Assembly: GCA_046757165.1 (NCBI GenBank) | Contig: JBHHXT010000093.1 | Location: 1 to 18,443, forward strand | DNA from: a bacterium | GTDB taxonomy: Bacteria > Zhuqueibacterota > Zhuqueibacteria > Oceanimicrobiales > Oceanimicrobiaceae | Reading direction: 5' to 3' | Length of the DNA stretch: 18,443 bases | In this document: piece after piece, positions 1-6,746 of the stretch | Numbering within the stretch: the first letter of the stretch is position 1 | How the letters are laid out: each line of letters begins with the position of its first letter | Made by a program: the position numbers and the translations under genes | Notes under the pieces: generated by a model | The model's input: only the letters and a program-made list of their open reading frames with translations | What the model was told of the DNA's origin: nothing | Database searches by the model: none

Positions 1-1
1 G

Positions 2-54
2 AAGCGCTAAATGACTTTTTTCGCAGCGAAGTCTGCGAAAAAATCTAGGCGCTT
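2..54. repeat. Imperfect inverted repeat/hairpin at the window edge
   Basis: TTTTTTCGCAG (16-26) and CTGCGAAAAAA (33-43) form a perfect 11-bp stem with loop CGAAGT. Outer arms are AAGCGC (2-7) and GCGCTT (49-54). May extend beyond the window. Confidence 0.55.
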
Positions 55-163
55 AGGCCGTAGGAAGCGCGTTGATCAGAGCATTGCGCAAAACCTAATA
101 GCTTAAGCCGGACTAAACACCTCAATCTTATTTCCTTCTTAGCGTAAACTCCAAAGCTTCACT

Positions 164-2203
164 TCACCGAAAACTTTGCTCCAAAAGAACCCATTGTTTT
201 TCCTGAAGAGCATCGAACGCTGAAACCACTTGCTCGAGGGTGATTTCCGGATGTTCAGACACAAGAAGTTGCCATATTTCGGTCAAACTCCGCCTACCGT
301 TTACAAAGTTTTTGAGTTCAGTCGCCGCAACGCGACTCATCCCTGGAATGTCGAAGACCACCCACCGTCTGTAATCCGGTCCCAGCGGGATTGTTCGCCG
401 CGGTATGACCGCTGAAAACTTTGCTCCGCTCTCGGGCAGTTCTGAACCTGCTGGCTTGACTCCGAATTCCCTGCAACGTTGTTCGTAGGCTTCTCGAAGT
501 TTATCCGAAAGAGCGTTGAAAGAAAACAACTCCTGTATCGCAGGGTTTGGGCGCCCAAGGCGACTGAAAGACTCGAGTGCACCGCGGACCGTTTCACTGC
601 CACTTTTTGCAATGGCGACAGCGCGAAAGTAATCTTTATGGATGGATTCTTCAGGACTCATCTCCAGCAAGTCGAAGGCTTTACTCCACCCGCGGGTCGT
701 TTCCATGCTGATGCGGGCAGTTAGCTCGGACTCAAAATCCGTTCTCGGTCCTTCGACAGGGGTGGCCAGGTAGAGGCCCAAAGCCGTGCCAAAAAAAATG
801 GCGCGTTTGAGGGTCGTCGCATCGATGTGCTCCAAACGATCCTCGCTGGTATGAATATAGTGGAAGGATGGGTAGGCAAGACTGATGGACGGAACATCTA
901 TTGCCGAGTTGTCGAAGACAATATGATCTGTCAGGGCAGCATATTCCCATGTCCTGAACGTGAGGGGCTCGTCCTGTCTCCCGCTTGGCGCCACAAATAG
1001 CCTGGATGGCTTGTGATAGACGTCAGCATAATGCGCTTGCATGTATTGGCACAGGAGATCAAAAGCGTCGTTGGTAAAAGAAGGCAGCCAGCGGGGCGTC
1101 TTAATCGACACCAGGTCGTTGCGGTAATGCTTGTCCCCGCCAGCCTGATCGATATTGATGTTGAACGCCATCTTCCCGGCCTCTTCGGGATATTTGTGAA
1201 AATAAAGAAAAGTCCCCCGGATTTCAGTGACCCACCAAAAGCGCACCGTGCGCTCGGGCTGCGGAATGAGTCCGTTCCGGACAAGCGAGAGGATTGTTCT
1301 GGCAATTTCAAGAAGTGCAGCACTGCCACTGGCATTGTCATTGGCTCCCGGCGGCTGGTGATCCAAATGAGCGCTAAGAACGATGTCATCATGATTCCGG
1401 TTGAAACCTGGAATCTCGGCAGTGACCATCTCAATCTTTCCGGGTACGGCGGTTTTGACTTTTACTGAGGCGTGAACTTTGATCTTTTCGCCACCCTCGA
1501 GACGTGCGCGCAATCTCGCGCCGGCGTTTGGTGACAGCATAAATCCAAACCCGGCCGGCTTATTGTCACGGGTTGTGGCGCGAATCCTCGTCCAGCTCAC
1601 AGCATCGTTTGACGGCTCAACCCCAAAGAAGCTGTTTGAAAAGTAAGAAACCAGCCCGGCTGCACCGTGTTCGAGAATAGCCTTTTCTTGCACGGTACGA
1701 GGATGACCGGAAGCCAGAACAATCTTCCCTTTGACGTCCTTCCCCTCATAATCCTGTTCACTCGCGCCAGTTCCGACGTCAACCAGATCGGCTTCCAGGT
1801 CCGCGTCGTTGCTGTTATTGCAGAGAGAAATGCCTATTTGGTCCGTATCAGCAAGTTTTTCAGGCGCAGGGGATGTGATAGTGAGCGTCGCCCTGACGTA
1901 ATCCCAGGACGGCTCCTCAGTCTCGAAGGCTTCGATCTTGACATTGGACAGACCGATTTTCTCCGCCTCTGCAGCGACGTATTCGGCCGCACGATGAAAA
2001 CCCTCCGAGTTCGGGTAGCGCGCAAATGATGCGAGGTATCGTATATGTTCGTAACCATTTTCCCCGGATGCCTCATTGAGAATAGCCCGGATTGTCGTTT
2101 CCGGAATCGGAGGTTCAAAACGGCGAGCCACAACTTGACCATTGGACTCCGTGATGAGAAAAAAACAAAATGAAACCGCGATGTTCAAAGAAACATTCTT
2201 CAT
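164..2203 (-). CDS. Secreted M28-family zinc metallopeptidase with PA domain (DUF4910-like C-terminus)
   Basis: Signal peptide MKNVSLNIAVSFCFFLI. PA domain (DVGTGASEQDYEGKDVKGKIVL). Zinc-ligand motifs SAHLDH, GANDNASG, TEIRG, NIDQAG, HTSED. Start moved from 2236 to the ATG at 2203, downstream of AGAGGGG. Confidence 0.88.
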   Translation of the reverse strand: MKNVSLNIAVSFCFFLITESNGQVVARRFEPPIPETTIRAILNEASGENGYEHIRYLASFARYPNSEGFHRAAEYVAAEAEKIGLSNVKIEAFETEEPSWDYVRATLTITSPAPEKLADTDQIGISLCNNSNDADLEADLVDVGTGASEQDYEGKDVKGKIVLASGHPRTVQEKAILEHGAAGLVSYFSNSFFGVEPSNDAVSWTRIRATTRDNKPAGFGFMLSPNAGARLRARLEGGEKIKVHASVKVKTAVPGKIEMVTAEIPGFNRNHDDIVLSAHLDHQPPGANDNASGSAALLEIARTILSLVRNGLIPQPERTVRFWWVTEIRGTFLYFHKYPEEAGKMAFNINIDQAGGDKHYRNDLVSIKTPRWLPSFTNDAFDLLCQYMQAHYADVYHKPSRLFVAPSGRQDEPLTFRTWEYAALTDHIVFDNSAIDVPSISLAYPSFHYIHTSEDRLEHIDATTLKRAIFFGTALGLYLATPVEGPRTDFESELTARISMETTRGWSKAFDLLEMSPEESIHKDYFRAVAIAKSGSETVRGALESFSRLGRPNPAIQELFSFNALSDKLREAYEQRCREFGVKPAGSELPESGAKFSAVIPRRTIPLGPDYRRWVVFDIPGMSRVAATELKNFVNGRRSLTEIWQLLVSEHPEITLEQVVSAFDALQEKQWVLLEQSFR

Positions 2204-2503
2204 CCATAAATCCCCTCTTTTAGATCTGTTTAGCAAAAGGCTGGGCTGCCAGGGGATGCAATCCAGAATCTATTGCTTCCGTGCTGGATTACCTGGCCCG
2301 ACGCTCTTGTCTGAAATCCAAGGGAGAATACACTTTCGGCTTTGCAATATAGGGTGAAAAATGGAACTATTCAAGACAAAGAATCTTTTACAAGCAGGTA
2401 TTCGGTGGAATAATCCAAACATTGATTTGTATTAAGTTACATTCCAAGGACTACAGTTTTTGCAATAAAGCAGTGCCGCTTTCTCGAGGTAGGTGGTGTT
2501 ATT

Positions 2504-3973
2504 ATGGAATCATTGAATCGCTCCGGGTTCAAATATTTTTGTGGTTTGTTATTCCTGTCGACTCTGCAAATGTCGTGCAGAAAAAATCCTGCAGCGCCTG
2601 CAACGGCAACGAGCCTGCAGATCGAAGCAGATAGTTTTACGACACATTCCGGGGGAATCCTACAGTTGAGAGCCACCGTGACAACCTCGGATGGTTCAAC
2701 CAGGGACGTGACCAGTGAGGCGTCATGGAGCAATGCACCCGCTCTCGTAGGCACGGTTGACGAACTTGGGCGATTCGCCGCGGTCAATAATGTCATCGGA
2801 GTTGAAACGATCGCGGCTCATTATCAATCGCAGGTCGCGACGGTTGATATTGACGTGACCAGAAGAGCAGGATGGCTGGCGGTGTCTCCCGTTCTGACAA
2901 ATGTTGAAGCAGGACAGGATTTGCAATTCAGGGCTGCCGTCACGTATCAGGATCTTTCTGAGGCCTTGGTGACGGATAAAGTCGAATGGTCGGTCAGACC
3001 GGGACTGGCTGTCAGCATCGATGAAAGCGGGCTGCTGAGTGCGACTTCCGGAATGGCTGGCGTTGAAACGGTGCAGGCCAGCTACCATGGCTTGGCGACC
3101 GAAAGCGAAGTCGAGGTGCAGGTGCAGTACCAAAGCCGTTTTGGCATGGTTGAAATTCCTGCCGGGACGTTCATCATGGGGGATGACAACGGCTTGACTG
3201 AAGAGCAGCCGGCTCATGAGGTTTTTGTCAGCAGGTTTGAGATCGGAAGACATGAAGTGACCAATGCGGAATATGCACGCTTTTTGACAGAGGCTTTCGA
3301 GAGAGGTGAACTCAGATACTCAGATGGGATGGTCACAAGGGGGAAACCGCCATTTCTGTTTGTCGGAATGACCAAGATTTTTGCACCTGAGTTTGAAGAT
3401 CAATTCATCTTTTTTGTTGGTGGTGAAGGCGACGGTCACTTCGAGGTGCTCCCCGGGTTCGAAAATCATCCTGTGGGGCGTTTGCATTGGTATGGCGCAT
3501 TGGTTTTCTGTGATTTTTACGGATTGCGACTGCCTACGGAAGCCGAATGGGAGAAAGCCTGTCGCGGCGGGCAGCAGCTCGAGTTTGGTACAGCGGATGG
3601 GTCTCTGACTGGAAACCCGGCCAACCTCGCTGACCAGGCGGGGGAGGATATCTTCGAATCCCATGCGCCCGTGGGATCTTTCCCGCCAAATCCTTTTGGA
3701 CTCTATGATATGACCGGCAACGTCTCCGAGTTTGTTTTTGATTTATATGACCCTGCTTACTACCAGAACAGCCCCGGTGTTGATCCATCCGGTCCGGGTC
3801 CTGTGACGCTGCAGAGAAGAAGGAGTAATTTGACCTGGTTAACACGTGGGGGAGCATGGGTTGATACGCCGCAAAATGCACGTGCTGCCCGGAGAGGGGT
3901 GATCGAAGAACCGCATGATAACGTCGTTATTCTGGCGTGGTCGGGATTCCGTGTTGCACGTTCATTGCCATAA
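2504..3973 (+). CDS. Lipoprotein with two Ig-like (Big_2-type) repeats and a C-terminal SUMF1/FGE-sulfatase (C-type lectin-fold) domain
   Basis: Lipobox-like LQMSC. Two similar units (LQLRATVT..DVTSEASWS and LQFRAAVT..LVTDKVEWS). FGE-family motifs IPAGTFIMG, HEVTNAEY, RLPTEAEWEKACRGG, NPFGLYDMTGNVSE, GFRVAR. GAGG upstream. Confidence 0.88.
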   Translation: MESLNRSGFKYFCGLLFLSTLQMSCRKNPAAPATATSLQIEADSFTTHSGGILQLRATVTTSDGSTRDVTSEASWSNAPALVGTVDELGRFAAVNNVIGVETIAAHYQSQVATVDIDVTRRAGWLAVSPVLTNVEAGQDLQFRAAVTYQDLSEALVTDKVEWSVRPGLAVSIDESGLLSATSGMAGVETVQASYHGLATESEVEVQVQYQSRFGMVEIPAGTFIMGDDNGLTEEQPAHEVFVSRFEIGRHEVTNAEYARFLTEAFERGELRYSDGMVTRGKPPFLFVGMTKIFAPEFEDQFIFFVGGEGDGHFEVLPGFENHPVGRLHWYGALVFCDFYGLRLPTEAEWEKACRGGQQLEFGTADGSLTGNPANLADQAGEDIFESHAPVGSFPPNPFGLYDMTGNVSEFVFDLYDPAYYQNSPGVDPSGPGPVTLQRRRSNLTWLTRGGAWVDTPQNARAARRGVIEEPHDNVVILAWSGFRVARSLP

Positions 3974-4014
3974 ACTTTGGAGAATAGCACAATCAACAGG
4001 GGAGATGGAGTATT

Positions 4015-4860
4015 ATGAGGAAGCTGGCGTTTCATCGTGTCATCTCTTTCGTATTCACGTTGAGTCTATTCTGCCCTGGCTGTACCAGCAATCCCATCGG
4101 AAGCGGCGATGTTTCATCCGGTCGCAGCCAAATGAGAGGTAAAGTTCAACTGGAGAATGGCCACAGCCCGGAAGGAGTTTATGTATGGATGGAAGGTGCT
4201 GATTTAGATGCCTTCACCAAAGAAGACGGCTCCTTTATCTTGACATGGCCCTCCGGGTTCGGCAACGTCAGCGGCATATTTCGTGTGTATTTCTATGTCG
4301 CTAATTATCAATTGGATTTCGTTGATGTTGCAGTCCGGGAGGGCGAATTTCTCTATGGCCAGGAGGTGCTCGACACAAGCGGTGAGCTGAGGGAGACCGT
4401 GAGATTGAAGCAGTTTCTGGCGGTCAGCGCGGAGGTTTCTCCGGAAACCGTCACCCGGGTTAACAACATAAACGTGACGATGACCTTTTCACTTGGTCTG
4501 AGAACCCTTAATGGTGTGTCTACGGTTGTGTTACCCAATACAACTCCGGGCTTTCTAAGCTCTGTTTTTTTCAAGAACACGGAAACCGGCGAGCTCTTCA
4601 TATTTCAAGGTCTGCCGGTTACAACGGAAGAGGAAATCCTGATTGGACAAACACAGGTTATCAGGAAGATGGATGTCAGTTTCACACGAATCAATCTCCC
4701 GGCAGGGAAGTATCTGTTCATTCCATATATTTTGGTAAAACGAGATGACCTTCCTGAAGATTTGGTGAACTCCATTGCTTTGAATACACTGGCGTTCGGC
4801 CCCAACTATTTGAAGCTGCCATTTAAACGAGACGGGGGAGAGTTTGAGATCAAGGAGTAG
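4015..4860 (+). CDS. Hypothetical lipoprotein with an N-terminal carboxypeptidase-regulatory-like beta-sandwich
   Basis: 281-aa ORF with a GGAG RBS. Signal peptide ends ..LFCPGC-TSNP. GKVQLENGHSPEGVYVWMEG..TKEDGSF pattern. Starts 41 bp after the previous gene on the same strand. Confidence 0.75.
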   Translation: MRKLAFHRVISFVFTLSLFCPGCTSNPIGSGDVSSGRSQMRGKVQLENGHSPEGVYVWMEGADLDAFTKEDGSFILTWPSGFGNVSGIFRVYFYVANYQLDFVDVAVREGEFLYGQEVLDTSGELRETVRLKQFLAVSAEVSPETVTRVNNINVTMTFSLGLRTLNGVSTVVLPNTTPGFLSSVFFKNTETGELFIFQGLPVTTEEEILIGQTQVIRKMDVSFTRINLPAGKYLFIPYILVKRDDLPEDLVNSIALNTLAFGPNYLKLPFKRDGGEFEIKE

Positions 4861-4961
4861 TTTTCTGTAGAACTTGTGCCGCACACGCAGTAAACCGGGA
4901 ATTCCATTCCAAAACAGACTCAGTGCATCTGCAATAACTCGCCCTTCAAGACAGGAGGGTT

Positions 4962-5007
4962 GCAGCGCAGACACCAGTCTGCATCGCAGGCAAGATGTCT
5001 GCGCTCC
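4962..5007. repeat. REP-like inverted doublet
   Basis: GCAGCGCAGACACCAGTCTGC-ATC-GCAGGCAAGATGTCTGCGCTCC. The right arm reverse-complements to GGAGCGCAGACATCTTGCCTGC, an imperfect copy of the left arm, and each arm is itself a small hairpin. Confidence 0.7.
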
Positions 5008-5063
5008 TTTATGTTAGTGACAATGGGCCGCAGGCTCCACTCCGGCAGTCTGTCGACTATTAG

Positions 5064-5228
5064 CCTGGATAATTCATGAATTTCTCACAGCAAGGGCCAA
5101 CACGTAAGGAGTGAAATGCTTTAGCATTTCATGCAACGCTAAAGCGTTGCACTCCTCTTTATCCCGTTAAGTTATTGCATAATCAAGCGATTAAGCAATA
5201 TTTGCCAATCTCTTGTGAATAATCCAGG
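5064..5228. mobile_element. 165-bp MITE with IS1380-like terminal inverted repeats
   Basis: Left end CCTGGATAATTCA (5064-5076) and right end TGAATAATCCAGG (5216-5228) match at 12/13 as inverted repeats. Flanked by a 4-bp direct repeat TTAG (5060-5063, 5229-5232). No ORF inside. Confidence 0.75.
5107..5156. repeat. REP doublet (REPIN-like) nested inside the MITE
   Basis: AGGAG-TGAAATGCT-TT-AGCATTTCA-TGCAACGCT-AA-AGCGTTGCA-CTCCT: two perfect 9-bp hairpins in inverted orientation, bracketed by AGGAG/CTCCT. Confidence 0.75.
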
Positions 5229-5243
5229 TTAGAACATTTGTCC

Positions 5244-6596
5244 TTATCGTATCAAGATCATCTTCTTCGAAATCACTGCGCGGCCTGATCTGAGCTGGTA
5301 AACATACAGGCCGGAGGGCACAGCTTGACCGTTGTCGTCCAGACCGTCCCAACTGACTGTATGCACACCTGGCGCGAACGTTTGCTCGAGCAACGTTCGC
5401 GTCTGTTGTCCCAGGACATTGAAGATCGATAGGGTGACCGATGTTTGCGCTTGCACCTGGAAGCTGATGGTGGTCGTCGGATTAAACGGATTGGGATAAT
5501 TTTGCATGAGCTCAAACGCCCGTGGCGTCTCGTTGCGCCACGTAGCGACGTTTGTCACACTTTGTCCTGTCGCCAGACCGATTTGGCCGTTAAGGAGCGT
5601 CGTGGTTCCGAGATAGTACATGAAATACGTGCCGTCAATCTTGATCACTGACGGCGCGACCAGATCCAGCGTTGCCCAGGGCTGGGTGGGACTCAGGAAG
5701 GGATTGTTTGCGTCTTTTGTCCAGTGAATGCCGTCGCTGCTGGTGGCATAACAGAGACGTTCTCCACTGAAATCATCCGGATCGCTGGTATAGAACATCT
5801 CCCAGCCATTTTCGGTAGGCAAAACATCGCACTCCCAGGCCAGGCCGGAATCATAGCTGCCCGGGGCGCCAAGTTGCAGCACCGGATCGCTTTCGGCAAA
5901 AGGGGGATCGGTTGTCGCCGGGTCATCATACTTTACCCAGTTGATGCCATCGGCAGAGGTTGCCATCCCCACCCGGGCATGATCATTGGTGGGTGGAAAG
6001 GGAAAGCCGGTGCCGCCGGAGTAATACATAACAAAACCTGTATCAGTAGCAATAATAGTATTCGGGGTCACAAAATGGGCATCCCATTCCCCGGCACTTC
6101 CTACTGTCAGAACCGGGTCCTCCAGTCGCGTCCAGGGACCCGCAGGTTCCGGAGCAGTCGCTCTGCCGATCGCCGGTCCGGGACCAGGACCCGGTACGGA
6201 GCGGGCACTGTAGTACATGACCCACAAATTGTCTTCTAACAAAATGCAGGGCTCTGCGGCCGAGAAGGCGTCGAAGCCGCTGCCATCCGCCTGGAATACA
6301 GGATTGCCGTTATACTTGGACCAGGTAAAACCATCGGTGGAAGTGGCGTAACCCATAGCAAACGGGGTGGTCATGAGATTGGCGCTGCCGGAGTAGAACA
6401 TATAGTAGAGGCTGTCTTTGAAAACCACCTCTGGCAGGTAAATCACGCCCGCATCCCACGAGCCCGCAGGTCCGTAAGCAATAACCGGGTTGTTTTCATA
6501 CGGCGTGAAATTCGGTTGGGGAAATGCCTGATTGACCTCAAACAACAGGCAAAGACCCAATCCGAGACCAAGAAATCGCGCTGAAGTTTTCATCAT
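5244..6596 (-). CDS. Secreted five-bladed beta-propeller protein (GH32/43/130-like fold) with C-terminal FlgD-Ig/T9SS type A-like sorting domain
   Basis: Signal peptide. Five repeats of the pattern NPV..G.WD....P.V......MYYSG..GxATS.DG..W. C-terminal QNYPNPFNPTTTISF..WDGLDDNGQAVPSGLYVYQL..KKMILIR. AAGGAGG RBS. Confidence 0.85.
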   Translation of the reverse strand: MMKTSARFLGLGLGLCLLFEVNQAFPQPNFTPYENNPVIAYGPAGSWDAGVIYLPEVVFKDSLYYMFYSGSANLMTTPFAMGYATSTDGFTWSKYNGNPVFQADGSGFDAFSAAEPCILLEDNLWVMYYSARSVPGPGPGPAIGRATAPEPAGPWTRLEDPVLTVGSAGEWDAHFVTPNTIIATDTGFVMYYSGGTGFPFPPTNDHARVGMATSADGINWVKYDDPATTDPPFAESDPVLQLGAPGSYDSGLAWECDVLPTENGWEMFYTSDPDDFSGERLCYATSSDGIHWTKDANNPFLSPTQPWATLDLVAPSVIKIDGTYFMYYLGTTTLLNGQIGLATGQSVTNVATWRNETPRAFELMQNYPNPFNPTTTISFQVQAQTSVTLSIFNVLGQQTRTLLEQTFAPGVHTVSWDGLDDNGQAVPSGLYVYQLRSGRAVISKKMILIR

Positions 6597-6698
6597 TCGT
6601 CCCTCCTTATGGGGTTGAGATTATGGGGTTTTGGTTCATCAAACCGCTTAAGTGCCATATTTGCTTGCAAATGATAGCCATTTTCATTATGATATTCT

Positions 6699-6734
6699 TG
6701 ATAAAACCATGACAAAATCGTGAAATGTTTGTGA
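6699..6734. promoter_or_regulatory. 11-bp-period direct repeat array, putative wHTH operator
   Basis: TGA at 6699, 6710, 6721 and 6732 (TGATAAAACCA TGACAAAATCG TGAAATGTTTG TGA), in the divergent intergenic region next to an OmpR/PhoB-type wHTH gene. Confidence 0.55.
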
Positions 6735-6746
6735 GGTGCGCGGACA

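Noticed and set aside
16..43. Rho-independent terminator for the peptidase
   Set aside because: The T-tract precedes the stem on both strands, so no U-tail follows the hairpin.
3845..3973. DGR variable region in the FGE-fold C-terminus
   Set aside because: No template repeat or reverse transcriptase is visible in the window.
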